Positions 10,356 to 19,971 of a DNA stretch of 64,000 nt are shown piece by piece. The notes under the pieces were generated by a model. It ran no database searches, had not been told where the DNA came from, and saw nothing but the letters and a program-made list of their open reading frames with translations. The number at the start of each line of letters is the position of its first letter. The first letter of the stretch is position 1. A program made the translations under genes and the position numbers. Source of the DNA: a virus. The stretch lies in IMG/VR virus record IMGVR_UViG_3300020187_000010; one strand, 5' to 3'.

Positions 10356-10968
10356 CATCTTCGAGAACTTCTACCAACTCATTCTTTGCAAAAAGTATTC
10401 CGTTGTATCTTGTTTCCAATTCATTTTTATAGTATAACTTCCAAGTAATTCCATCTACCTTTGGCATTACGACTGTTACTTGTGCATTGAGTTTTCCTGT
10501 TGGATCCCACTTATCATATTCTAGAATAAGTTTATCGTATCCAACATAGTCCTTGATATACTCAGCAAGATCGAATGTTCTTTCATAATCGATCTCACCC
10601 TTCTCATCAACTACTTTGTAACTTACCATTTGACCGTCTTGTTTTAGAAGATTTTCTCCTGCAACTGTTTCTAGAGGGCCACCACGATAAACCCCTTCCG
10701 ATACAATAAGACGCACATCTTTGAACATGTCAATGTTTCCATTGATTCTACGGAACAACTCTGCGTGTAGATAGAGATTGTATGCAAGTTGTTGTCTATC
10801 ATTAGGACTGTTTTGATATTTGTCTATGGTCGATAAACTACATGGGTTTCCTTTACTGCCAAGAAACTTAGAGACTGATACTCCAGGCGCAAGTTTAGTG
10901 AACGAAGTAATATCCTTCGCATCAACTAAAGCTGGATTGTATTTCTGATCTGGTACAATTGTTATCAT
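10351..10968 (-). CDS. gp5-locus protein, degenerate peptidase M15 (LAS) fold
   Basis: TKLAPGVSVSKFL / IVSEGVYR / GQMVSY / YDKLILEY resemble M15A KLS.NFTL.EL / ITSGYR / H..GQAAD / FDQLILEF, but the Zn ligands appear replaced. Confidence 0.5.
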   Translation of the reverse strand: MITIVPDQKYNPALVDAKDITSFTKLAPGVSVSKFLGSKGNPCSLSTIDKYQNSPNDRQQLAYNLYLHAELFRRINGNIDMFKDVRLIVSEGVYRGGPLETVAGENLLKQDGQMVSYKVVDEKGEIDYERTFDLAEYIKDYVGYDKLILEYDKWDPTGKLNAQVTVVMPKVDGITWKLYYKNELETRYNGILFAKNELVEVLEDV

Positions 10969-12401
10969 TTGAATCTTTTACCTCTATTCTTCACGGAGTT
11001 ACCAAGTGGAGTATAACCAAATCTTGGAGATGTTTCTTTCTTGGCAATACGTCCTACCTTCGGAGGTAAAGGATTTTCCCAGTCGGATGCAATCATACCA
11101 TTCTTTATCAGTGCATCGGGGAATGAGATACCTTTCTCGTTCACGATTGTTCTGTTCGCTTCGTCTCGCATGGTAGATCGAATTTCATTTATAGTGGGTT
11201 CTTTTTCAAACAGTCCCGCATAGTCATCACGTAACAGTATATGATTGCGTATTGCATCTTTACTATCAATTGATATTGCACGTATAGACAAATGTCCATC
11301 TGACAGAAGACCTGCAACTGCATCTGTCTTAGGTATTGGTTTCAGTGGAGATAAAGATTCCATATTCTTAGGCACATCAGGCGCCCCTCCGGAGGGTTGT
11401 CCACCTTTCTCCTTGGATGCAAGTTGCGCAGTCTTCGCATTCTCTGCTTTATGCGCATACTTGGATTTGATTGCTTCGAGTGCCTGTCCATGGAAAGAAC
11501 CATAGAATGATGCACCCGAAGTAAATGGTACCGCACCTTGTGGCCCCATGTAAACAGGGCCAGTGAACTCGACTTGTTCCCCTCCAATCGCACCTTTCAT
11601 ACCAAGTACTGATATTTCAGTTGCAGAGATATTACCCTGCAATGCAGTCATCACAAATTCTTCTTCGGCAGATACATGGAAACGATTACCGGTGAACATT
11701 TCAATCTCAGCACCTACGTTATTTTTCCAATGACCTTTGATGGTACCATAACAGTTACCCAAAACAATATCTGATTTGTGTTCGACTGTCTTGTTTACCG
11801 CAGTACCTTTAGTTGTATAATTGGTGTTCAGTCCTACCGTTGTGGTGTTGTTCTTACGTATCTCGGTGTTGGTATTGCCATCAACGTTGACATTGTAATC
11901 ACCCCCAACATTGACATTATAGTCACCTGTCACTTCAAGGTTGAGGTTTCCATTATACACCAACTTACCGTTACCTTCAACAATGACAGTTTGGTCACCA
12001 CCAGTAACCTCGACCTTGTTATTGACCGCAGAGATGACCACAGACCCGTCTGCGCGGACTTCTACACCCGCACCCTTACGGTGTTTGATAAGAATACGTT
12101 CACCGCCAGGCGTGTCATCATACGAGATGATATGACCCGATGCGGTTTCTTTTACTTGGTTGAACGGGAAACGAGAAGGTTCTTGGTCTTCGAGATCCAA
12201 GTCTGTTCCTTCGGTACCACCACCAAGATAAAGATTCTCTACTTTGAGACCACGTGCAGATCTATTTAATGAAGACCCATAATGATATTCCCTTTTGGGA
12301 AATTCTCCAGTAGGATCTTGGAAACCATCAATTGGAACACCTTCGGTATTTTCAATTGCAGGATTGTCACCTATCGTTTTTTTATTTGTTGTAGTTGTCA
12401 T
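10965..12401 (-). CDS. Baseplate hub/spike, gp5 C-terminal portion (beta-helix)
   Basis: GFQDPTGEFP, FPFNQVKETASGHIISYDDTPGGERILIKHRKG, and V.G(D/N) beta-helix repeats (VTGDYNVNVGGDYNVNVDGN). Confidence 0.8.
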   Translation of the reverse strand: MTTTTNKKTIGDNPAIENTEGVPIDGFQDPTGEFPKREYHYGSSLNRSARGLKVENLYLGGGTEGTDLDLEDQEPSRFPFNQVKETASGHIISYDDTPGGERILIKHRKGAGVEVRADGSVVISAVNNKVEVTGGDQTVIVEGNGKLVYNGNLNLEVTGDYNVNVGGDYNVNVDGNTNTEIRKNNTTTVGLNTNYTTKGTAVNKTVEHKSDIVLGNCYGTIKGHWKNNVGAEIEMFTGNRFHVSAEEEFVMTALQGNISATEISVLGMKGAIGGEQVEFTGPVYMGPQGAVPFTSGASFYGSFHGQALEAIKSKYAHKAENAKTAQLASKEKGGQPSGGAPDVPKNMESLSPLKPIPKTDAVAGLLSDGHLSIRAISIDSKDAIRNHILLRDDYAGLFEKEPTINEIRSTMRDEANRTIVNEKGISFPDALIKNGMIASDWENPLPPKVGRIAKKETSPRFGYTPLGNSVKNRGKRFK

Positions 12402-14359
12402 ACGGCCTTCTTCAGTTTCAGACCATTTCGGTCTAATGATGTTTCTGTCAATGGATCTGCGTAAACAGTCTTCTTACCAAACTTGTTCTCAACAAAAGAT
12501 ATAACATCAAAGTACGGATCTTGAGATGAGATGTCAATGTCATTGTGACCGAGAACTTGACCGCCCGGAACTATCTGGTAGAATATTTCTAGAATATTTT
12601 CTAGTGTCTTCATCTGAGATATAGTGAATGAACTCGCGGACAAATTCAATAAAGGATTGTCAGCTTCGGTCGCGACATTCACACCACCTACCAAACACAC
12701 ATCAATACAGTTAAACTTGTGGCGGTTGATGTCACTTGCATCCGCAACATTATCTAAGGGTAGTCCACGTTGAAGTGTTCCGTCACGTCTAATGACCAGA
12801 TGGTATTGGATACCAACATGTCCTGCTTCGTTGTGTCTTAGTTGAATCTCTTCTGCACCAATGTTTGCATTCGTGTAGGTTTCACTTGCATGAATTACAA
12901 CCTCGGATATCTGTCGAGTCATTTTAACAAACTCTAATCCAAGTTCTTCTTTAGAGTCTATGTAAGAAAATTCTCTAATATACCCTGCGGAATATCTTTT
13001 AGAGAGTTCCAATAGATCCAAATCTTCGGTGAAGAATTCACCCGCTTCGGAGACAACACTTCCTGCTATTGTAGTATCTACTTGACTAAGTGCATTCTCA
13101 ATCTTAACAGACTGATTTTTAAAGTTTTGTAATTCGGTCTCGGATATTCCGGCAGCTCTTGCTTTACTCTGAACCTTGAGATTAAATTCTTCAACATTAT
13201 TAGCATCTGTGCCTCTAATTATTGTTTTTAATTCTGGAGATAATGTTTTATCTTTCAGTGTCAGTGCTTTGGTTGCTTTGGTGAGATTGATATCCCCGCC
13301 AGTCATGACATCGTTCATGATACCAGAGAGGAAATCTTTATCGAGTTCTTCACCTGCACCGAACAGTCCCGTAAGAATACCGCCGACCGAACCAGTCAAA
13401 TCTTCGAATAGATCTTGTGCAGTACCAAATCCTAAGTTTATATCAGAAGAAACATTGTTAACAAGATCTGTTACCGCACTTCCGATACTACTTGTAATAG
13501 CACTGAACCCATCCGAGATTATACCTTTTGCTTCATTGAGTCCAGTCTCTAATGCGGAAGTCAGTGATCCTGTCGCTGTCGCAGATGCGTTGGCAATAGT
13601 ATTACCGACACCTTCGACTGCGGATACCGCACTTGCAACTTCATCTAGTAAACCACCACTCTTTGACTTATTGGCAACTTCATCCAATTTACTCTGTACG
13701 TTCCCTATACCTTCGGTTATAGAAGCACCCAATTCATCACCACCGGCTTTGGCTTCGGATGCTGTTGTCTTGATCGAACTCAATAACGTACCTTTTCTTT
13801 CGGACGCATCTTCGATTGCACCGGCAAGTTCATCAAGTGCAGAACCACCCAATGAAACGATAGTGATACTTTCTACAGGCGGAATGATTCCTGTCAATGA
13901 TTTTGTAATCTCGGGAACAGTACTCGGTGAGTTTTCTCCGGTCTGTACTACGGTAGGTACTAATTCACCATCAACCAATTGTGTTATTGGATTACCTGCG
14001 GAATCTTCGGTAGGGAGTCCGCTCCCATCTAAGACGAATTCTTCTACCTGAGTGGCTACATTTGTCACCGTGACAATAGGAACGCCCACATCAGTTATCA
14101 TATCAGATGGATCTGTATTAGGGTATACTCCCGCAGTAGGAAGTACTTGGGACAATGAACCTGTGGTATCAGTTTTTGAATTGTTGTCTAAACTTTTGAA
14201 TCCGTTCACATCAACTTCTACATTCTTACCGAGTATAGTTGATGAATTCAGTATATTCGCATCCTGAGACTTTACGACCTGTTGATTAAGGACATTTAAG
14301 TTTGCGGTTGATGTGACCTTTGCTTTGAGACCGTCATTAAGTGTTTGGAGACTAGACAT
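12398..14359 (-). CDS. Virion-associated protein with C-terminal N-acetylmuramoyl-L-alanine amidase (Amidase_2, T7 lysozyme/AmpD-like)
   Basis: VVIHASET, IQYHLVIRRDG..QRG, VCLVGG, Q...L..L, VLGHND....QDP; long S/G/A/L-rich N-terminal region. Confidence 0.75.
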   Translation of the reverse strand: MSSLQTLNDGLKAKVTSTANLNVLNQQVVKSQDANILNSSTILGKNVEVDVNGFKSLDNNSKTDTTGSLSQVLPTAGVYPNTDPSDMITDVGVPIVTVTNVATQVEEFVLDGSGLPTEDSAGNPITQLVDGELVPTVVQTGENSPSTVPEITKSLTGIIPPVESITIVSLGGSALDELAGAIEDASERKGTLLSSIKTTASEAKAGGDELGASITEGIGNVQSKLDEVANKSKSGGLLDEVASAVSAVEGVGNTIANASATATGSLTSALETGLNEAKGIISDGFSAITSSIGSAVTDLVNNVSSDINLGFGTAQDLFEDLTGSVGGILTGLFGAGEELDKDFLSGIMNDVMTGGDINLTKATKALTLKDKTLSPELKTIIRGTDANNVEEFNLKVQSKARAAGISETELQNFKNQSVKIENALSQVDTTIAGSVVSEAGEFFTEDLDLLELSKRYSAGYIREFSYIDSKEELGLEFVKMTRQISEVVIHASETYTNANIGAEEIQLRHNEAGHVGIQYHLVIRRDGTLQRGLPLDNVADASDINRHKFNCIDVCLVGGVNVATEADNPLLNLSASSFTISQMKTLENILEIFYQIVPGGQVLGHNDIDISSQDPYFDVISFVENKFGKKTVYADPLTETSLDRNGLKLKKAV

Positions 14360-14361
14360 TT

Positions 14362-15231
14362 CTATACCTTCTTATTCGCATATATTTCATATACTCTTTT
14401 TACTTCGCTGTTGTAATCATCTTGAATAGGAGCATAATGACGACCTATAATATTACCCAAAGATCTTGGTTTGGATTTATCAATAACATCAGAATTCAAA
14501 ATGCGAATGTTTGCATCTACGTGAGTAGTATTTAGTTCATATGATATGAATGCCAATTGTGTACTGAAATGCCACCATTCATTACTGAATGCCTTCAGGC
14601 GAGTGAATCTAACACCACTCCAACCCATCAGTCCGGTACCGCCGATATTTGTATATGTGGTATCAAAAGAACTGTTAATACGTGAGATCGCACCCACAAT
14701 CGCACAAGCTTGTTTGATACTGTATCCGGTAGAAAGAAAGAATTTGACAGCAATGTCTCTACGCAACTTCGAAGTAAACTCATCAGGAGTTTCATCTCTA
14801 AGTTCATTCTTCAATGCTTCCGAAGACTCATCAATAGAACCTGTTGATTGATTATAGAACTCTTGGTCTGGACTTATTCTCTCAATCAAACTGTCGTATG
14901 CAACTTGTTTTTGAATCGAGGTAGGATATTCTGTACGGGGTAGTGAACCGATCACGATAGGAACTTGTGACTCGGTACCATCCATAAACATACCAAAGAC
15001 AAAAGAACCCGCCTCAAGTCTTGGAGTAGAACCCAATCCAGACACACCACCCTCAGTGGTAGGTAATACTACCTGCGCCCATGGGAGATCATTCTGTCTC
15101 ACTTCACGGGTAGATGGGTTGTGAATACCATGGATACGTACACGCACACGACCCTCCAACCCATAAGGTGGAGTGGTATCGATCACGTCAGCAACAAACC
15201 AACGAACCTTATCACCGTAGTAATTAATCAA
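14362..15231 (-). CDS. gp5 N-terminal OB-fold fused to a degenerate phage tail lysozyme (Phage_lysozyme2-like)
   Basis: GRVRVRIHGIH...LPWAQV..P...GGVSG.G..P....GS.VFG.F.DG...Q.P.V.GS; then GYSIKQACAIVG..GLMGWSG.R...QLAFISYEL. Confidence 0.8.
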   Translation of the reverse strand: MINYYGDKVRWFVADVIDTTPPYGLEGRVRVRIHGIHNPSTREVRQNDLPWAQVVLPTTEGGVSGLGSTPRLEAGSFVFGMFMDGTESQVPIVIGSLPRTEYPTSIQKQVAYDSLIERISPDQEFYNQSTGSIDESSEALKNELRDETPDEFTSKLRRDIAVKFFLSTGYSIKQACAIVGAISRINSSFDTTYTNIGGTGLMGWSGVRFTRLKAFSNEWWHFSTQLAFISYELNTTHVDANIRILNSDVIDKSKPRSLGNIIGRHYAPIQDDYNSEVKRVYEIYANKKV

Positions 15232-16582
15232 TGTTCGGCCCCTTCTCTAGTTTGAATACCGTCATTGCAACATCATGTCGAGTATCTCTAAAGGTATGTC
15301 TTGTATTGTAAATAAGAAAGTCACCACTCTTCAATTGATCGAGTTGATCAGGACTCTCTGGATTATTGTCATCGTTCAAAACATTGATACGAATCTTATC
15401 ACCTACCGAACCACCCGATGCAATGAATCCTGGCCCAGGCACCGTAACATCCATCATATTTTTGAATATAACGTTTCGGAATGCGAGGTTCTCAATCTTC
15501 TTGAGAAACATACTAGGACTCACTTCGTCATGGATACTTTTCTTATCGTTATAAACACCCCGAGATACTACACTATGGAATATCTTTGCATTGGTATTAT
15601 GTAGGTGATCTCCTTCGATGTTCACATCTGCAATATCAGGTGTTTTGTATGATGCGTCATAGACATTCTGTTTCGCATAATTTATAAGTCCTTTCTCACT
15701 AGATTTCAATAATAGAGATTCTAGACTAAAGTGTTGCGCAGTTGTTCGACCATTGCTAATATCTGTCACGGTATACAATGAACCTATACCACCCGACATA
15801 AGTTGATTGAGTGTGTTTTGTAACTTACTGGTTTTCATCGTCTGTACTTGGAAGTATTGCATAGTAGTATCACCACCTTCTTCTTGTGCCTGTGTGTTAG
15901 CAGGAGAGAAGATGAAAGGAATCTTTTTATTCCATGCGGGTTGTTGCAACATAACATCCAGACTTGCAAGTCTTAGGTTTTGATCGTGGATAGACGCATA
16001 TAAAAAGAATGGCATACCCAAATCTGTAGTTGCTTTATTAGTCAACCAAGTTGCAGCCTCAAGGGGGTGCATGTATGGGATGATGCCTTTAAAGTTACTC
16101 TGGACAGTTTCTCCCGAATAAGAAAGATCGACACTCTTACCACATTCGTTCTGACACAGTTTTACTATTTCAGTACCCAAGTTATCTCGTATTGCACGTG
16201 AAATGTTTTTGGTCTTACTCACGAATGCATGTTCATCCATAAAACTGAACACGTATAACGAGGAGTTGCCTGAGTTAGAAGACTTGATAATGTTGTCGAT
16301 ACCGGTCAATAAGAAAGAACGATCCATAACAACTTCTTCGGATTCGGTCTTACTCATTTCACTCAACATTTTGATATGGAGTCTGTCTGTTCCACTAAAA
16401 CCCAAACTATCAAATACCCCTTGGTCATCAGATATTACGACTTGACCACTGATATATGGTTTGTCTAGATTCTCAAAGAACACCAACTCCACGATCAGAG
16501 AACGAACATCGACAATGAAATCCGATAACCTGTCCGAAGTTATCTCGGCAACTTGATATTTAAATTGGGATTGTCTTTGCAT
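15224..16582 (-). CDS. Probable baseplate hub protein (gp27-like)
   Basis: Position between gp53 and gp5; FENL.KP.ISG.V.I.D, IIPY.HP..A..WL and C-terminal SG.FLI...RH motifs. Confidence 0.5.
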   Translation of the reverse strand: MQRQSQFKYQVAEITSDRLSDFIVDVRSLIVELVFFENLDKPYISGQVVISDDQGVFDSLGFSGTDRLHIKMLSEMSKTESEEVVMDRSFLLTGIDNIIKSSNSGNSSLYVFSFMDEHAFVSKTKNISRAIRDNLGTEIVKLCQNECGKSVDLSYSGETVQSNFKGIIPYMHPLEAATWLTNKATTDLGMPFFLYASIHDQNLRLASLDVMLQQPAWNKKIPFIFSPANTQAQEEGGDTTMQYFQVQTMKTSKLQNTLNQLMSGGIGSLYTVTDISNGRTTAQHFSLESLLLKSSEKGLINYAKQNVYDASYKTPDIADVNIEGDHLHNTNAKIFHSVVSRGVYNDKKSIHDEVSPSMFLKKIENLAFRNVIFKNMMDVTVPGPGFIASGGSVGDKIRINVLNDDNNPESPDQLDQLKSGDFLIYNTRHTFRDTRHDVAMTVFKLEKGPNID

Positions 16583-17646
16583 TATTGACCCATGAGTTCA
16601 GAAAACTCATTAACAATACCCTTTATAGAATCGGGTTTGATGAGTTTGATTTGACGGAGACTTTCATTAACATTCGTTAGATAGTCTTTCATGGTAACTT
16701 CGACAGCACCCACCGGTTTGGATTGTGTGAGGGGATCGATATCAATCCAGTTACCATCAACATCTTCGTAGTGATGCGTCCCCAAATACTGAGGTTGTTC
16801 ACCATATACCAACATTGATGTCGAAGTGCCCGCAGGATTGGTATATGACAACTCTTCTCCGGTTTGAAAAGATCCATCAGTCAAGTTCTTGGTATTAATA
16901 TAATACGTCAACTTATATTCTGAAGTAGGATCGAATGCGACATTGGTGATGGTTGCTTTTCTCTCGAAAGGATCTAATGTTATTTCATACGAAGATAATT
17001 GTAAACCATCTTTCAATAACACCCATGTAAGGGGTTGAGTAAAGGTTTCTGCCCCTAATGCATCTGTCCTCTCTAGGTTTATAATACCATTAGAGTCCGG
17101 AGTCACAACCTCTTCACGTACTTCCGAAGTCAATACAACATTGATAGTATCGATAATAAACGTTCCGAGTGATAGATCTCGTTTGATGATCTGTCCTCTG
17201 GTACCGGATACGTTACCCGTTACGATAGCACCAACTTCAAATTGATCCGGTGCGGTACCTATAATTTTAGTACGATAGATTGGTTGGTTGTCATCATCAT
17301 AGTAATCAATAACATCTTCTTGTTGCAACTGTACCGTCACCATTCGGTGTGGGTATCTTTTCTGTGCAGCACTATGGACTTCAGATAATGTCAATGGCCA
17401 ACCGCCTTCTCGGATATGATCATTCACGAGAAAGAATGTCCAGTAATAATCCGTAGTGCCATATAAACGAAAGGATGTTTGATCTGGTCTTTCGTTGACA
17501 GGTATGGTATAATCAGAAAGAAATAGATCGCGTGACTTTATCTGATCAATCATATCAACATATTGTGTTAGATTGGTCGCGACAGAAAGAGAAGTCTCGT
17601 CACCAAACCGATAAAGTGTTGGTCTGAAGTTATAGAAATATGACAT
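16582..17646 (-). CDS. gp53: Baseplate wedge subunit gp53
   Basis: YF..F, ERPDQ.S..LYG...YYWTFFLVND....WPL, HHYED, NE..RQIKLIKP. Confidence 0.85.
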   Translation of the reverse strand: MSYFYNFRPTLYRFGDETSLSVATNLTQYVDMIDQIKSRDLFLSDYTIPVNERPDQTSFRLYGTTDYYWTFFLVNDHIREGGWPLTLSEVHSAAQKRYPHRMVTVQLQQEDVIDYYDDDNQPIYRTKIIGTAPDQFEVGAIVTGNVSGTRGQIIKRDLSLGTFIIDTINVVLTSEVREEVVTPDSNGIINLERTDALGAETFTQPLTWVLLKDGLQLSSYEITLDPFERKATITNVAFDPTSEYKLTYYINTKNLTDGSFQTGEELSYTNPAGTSTSMLVYGEQPQYLGTHHYEDVDGNWIDIDPLTQSKPVGAVEVTMKDYLTNVNESLRQIKLIKPDSIKGIVNEFSELMGQ

Positions 17647-18788
17647 TAGAAACCTCCTTCAGATACGTCTTTGCGTACTAGTGCTTTCGTCTCTTGGAAA
17701 CTCAAGGTCATGTCAACTTCCATGAAGTTACCATCCTCGTGCATTGCCATTTGAGATGAGTTGAACGTTGTAGATACATCACGGAGATAACAGGGTTTGA
17801 TCTTAGCAAGGCCTGGAATCTTTCTTCCGTCATATTCGAATTCTATATTAAACTTGTTGGGGAATTTATAACCCAGTGATATTGGATTAGGTGCGCCAAT
17901 ATCAGCGGTGATCTCATCAGGATATAATTCAGTTCGCAACAGTCTTATAATTTCATTGATCTCTCTTGCTTCACTTGCGGATCTTGCGATCATCTTAAAC
18001 GCAAATGCAAACTCACGAATGTTTGGTTGTTTGAACAAAACCCGTGAATTGGGGTTGAGTGTAACACCACCTGCGAGTTTTGAAACTGCTTGTGCCTCTG
18101 CACCAAAAGAACCAAACTTAGATGCGAGTTGTACACCTGCAAGTTTCGCAAGATCTGTATTGTCGCCCGAAGTGAGATTACTTACAAATGAACCCAAACC
18201 TTTAACCATAGATGATGCGAACCCAAGACCCGCTTCCATAGTTGCGCCAGTAGCACCAAGATCGAAGTTCTCGTATGTTACATTGTCACGGAACGATAGT
18301 CCCATGGGGAGATATAAACTAATAGAACTAGTAGTTATGGGAATACTCTCTTTGGTAGAATTGGATTGTTTCTCAAGTCCTTCATATGATCTTATCTGTT
18401 CTATCAGTTCTTTTTCTTTCTGTAGAAGTTGTTGCTTTTCTAACTCTTCAGAACCAGTAAAGAAACTACCTTCAATTTCTTCATTCAATTCTTTAACTCT
18501 ACCTTTAAGAGCTTCAAGATCACCTTTCAACTTCTTTGTCTGTGCAGAAAATACATTGACATTACTTGTGCCGGTGGATTTGTCTTCATTCACACTGAAA
18601 ATGACCCGTGCCTTGTAATCGGTATCGTCTATTGGGTACCTGAGTTGTCTAACACTCCCTTCACCGCCCACAGTTTCTCCGACTGGTACTGCCGGTGGTT
18701 GTTGTTTTGCACCACCACCAGCGGCAAGTCTAATCTGTTCCGGAGTGAGTTTGTCTCCGACCTTTACGTCATATATATTATCAGGCAT
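17646..18788 (-). CDS. gp48: Baseplate tail tube cap gp48-like
   Basis: LRYP, ISLYLP, NPN..VLF..P..R.F.F.FKM.ARS..EA..I..II, P..F.I, PC.L..VS. Confidence 0.8.
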   Translation of the reverse strand: MPDNIYDVKVGDKLTPEQIRLAAGGGAKQQPPAVPVGETVGGEGSVRQLRYPIDDTDYKARVIFSVNEDKSTGTSNVNVFSAQTKKLKGDLEALKGRVKELNEEIEGSFFTGSEELEKQQLLQKEKELIEQIRSYEGLEKQSNSTKESIPITTSSISLYLPMGLSFRDNVTYENFDLGATGATMEAGLGFASSMVKGLGSFVSNLTSGDNTDLAKLAGVQLASKFGSFGAEAQAVSKLAGGVTLNPNSRVLFKQPNIREFAFAFKMIARSASEAREINEIIRLLRTELYPDEITADIGAPNPISLGYKFPNKFNIEFEYDGRKIPGLAKIKPCYLRDVSTTFNSSQMAMHEDGNFMEVDMTLSFQETKALVRKDVSEGGF

Positions 18789-18798
18789 TTATCCGATC

Positions 18799-18840
18799 CA
18801 TAAATAGGTTAAAATCTTTAAAACTTTAAAACTATTTATA
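18799..18840. promoter_or_regulatory. Pair of late promoters serving the divergent gp48 and gp4 genes
   Basis: TATAAATA on - at 18833-18840 (gp48 operon); CATAAATA on + at 18799-18806 (gp4). Confidence 0.65.
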
Positions 18841-19346
18841 TGAAAACTTACAAAGGAAAATACAAAATCCGGAATGAATCCAAGTATCTTGGTGATCCCA
18901 AGAATGTGGTGTATCGTTCGGGATGGGAAAAGGCTGTCATGATATGGTGTGACGACAATCCCAATGTGGTTGGTTGGGTAAGTGAAGAAGTTATTATACC
19001 ATATATTTGCGAGACTGACAAGCGTCCCCATCGTTATTTCATGGACTTTATGGTCAAGTACAAGGATGGACGCACTGTACTGATCGAAGTCAAACCGCAT
19101 AAAGAGACAATCAAACCCAAGACCGGACAAGGAAGACCTCGAAGACAAGTACTTAGTGAAACATTGACATATATTAAAAACATAAGTAAGTGGACAGCGA
19201 CCGAGAAGTATGTTGCGGATAGAGGTTGGCACTTTGAAATATGGGACGAACATAAACTAAGGGCCATGGGAATTTTACCCAAACCATTAGGAAAGAAACC
19301 AATTAAACCATTGAAGAAAATGAAACCGTATAAGAGAAAGAAGTGA
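18840..19346 (+). CDS. gp4: Head completion nuclease gp4 (TnsA-like)
   Basis: YKGKY...N..KY.GDP..VVYRS.WE...M.WCD..P.V..W.SEE..IPY....D...HRYF.DF, IEVKP. Confidence 0.92.
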   Translation: MKTYKGKYKIRNESKYLGDPKNVVYRSGWEKAVMIWCDDNPNVVGWVSEEVIIPYICETDKRPHRYFMDFMVKYKDGRTVLIEVKPHKETIKPKTGQGRPRRQVLSETLTYIKNISKWTATEKYVADRGWHFEIWDEHKLRAMGILPKPLGKKPIKPLKKMKPYKRKK

Positions 19347-19945
19347 TTAACAAGAAAGTATATTTTATAGGAATGAACAAGATTGCAACCACGTCATTCC
19401 ACGAGTTATTTAAAGCATCAGGATACCGGTCATGGCATTATTCCTGCATGGACGAATTTACTGGGGAACCGTTGGTACTCGCACAACAGATGGGACAGAA
19501 TGTTGATGAAAATAAATATGTGATGAAAAGTATTGATCATGCACAGGTCTATAGTGATTTGTTTTTCCATCGTGATTATGCGTGGGTAGATGGCGTCAAG
19601 TGGTTCGACAAACTCTACAATAATAATCCAAATGCTTATTTTATATTGCAGACTCGTGATATGGAAGACTGGTTGGACAGTAAACGTAGACACAAGGACG
19701 GTGATTATATGAGACGTTGTTGTGAATATCATGACCTAGAGCCAGATGAGATGTTAGAATGGTTCCGCAATGATCGAGAAGAACATGAAGATAATGTTCG
19801 TTCTTTTTTTACAAACAAGAAGTATGCAAATTTCCTTGAATGGAACCTCAATACCGACCACATATCGAAGTTGATCAATTTCGTCAAACCAGACTTTATA
19901 CTCAAAGAAAAAGATTGGGGGCGTCATGGCAAACTATATAAATAA
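19343..19945 (+). CDS. Sulfotransferase-family (P-loop-like) protein
   Basis: KVYFIGMNKIATTSF (PAPS 5'-loop-like) and FILQTRD...WL.S (3'-phosphate-binding-like). Confidence 0.7.
   Translation: MINKKVYFIGMNKIATTSFHELFKASGYRSWHYSCMDEFTGEPLVLAQQMGQNVDENKYVMKSIDHAQVYSDLFFHRDYAWVDGVKWFDKLYNNNPNAYFILQTRDMEDWLDSKRRHKDGDYMRRCCEYHDLEPDEMLEWFRNDREEHEDNVRSFFTNKKYANFLEWNLNTDHISKLINFVKPDFILKEKDWGRHGKLYK
19937..19944 (+). promoter_or_regulatory. T4-type late promoter TATAAATA
   Basis: Exact motif 27 nt upstream of gp2. Confidence 0.75.
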
Positions 19946-19971
19946 AGACATGGATTTTAACAGGAAGACAC

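Noticed and set aside
13176-14051. 291-aa plus-strand ORF
   Set aside because: Antisense shadow of the low-complexity linker of 12398-14359; S/P/L-rich with no motif.
17908-18618. 236-aa plus-strand ORF
   Set aside because: Antisense to the well-supported gp48.
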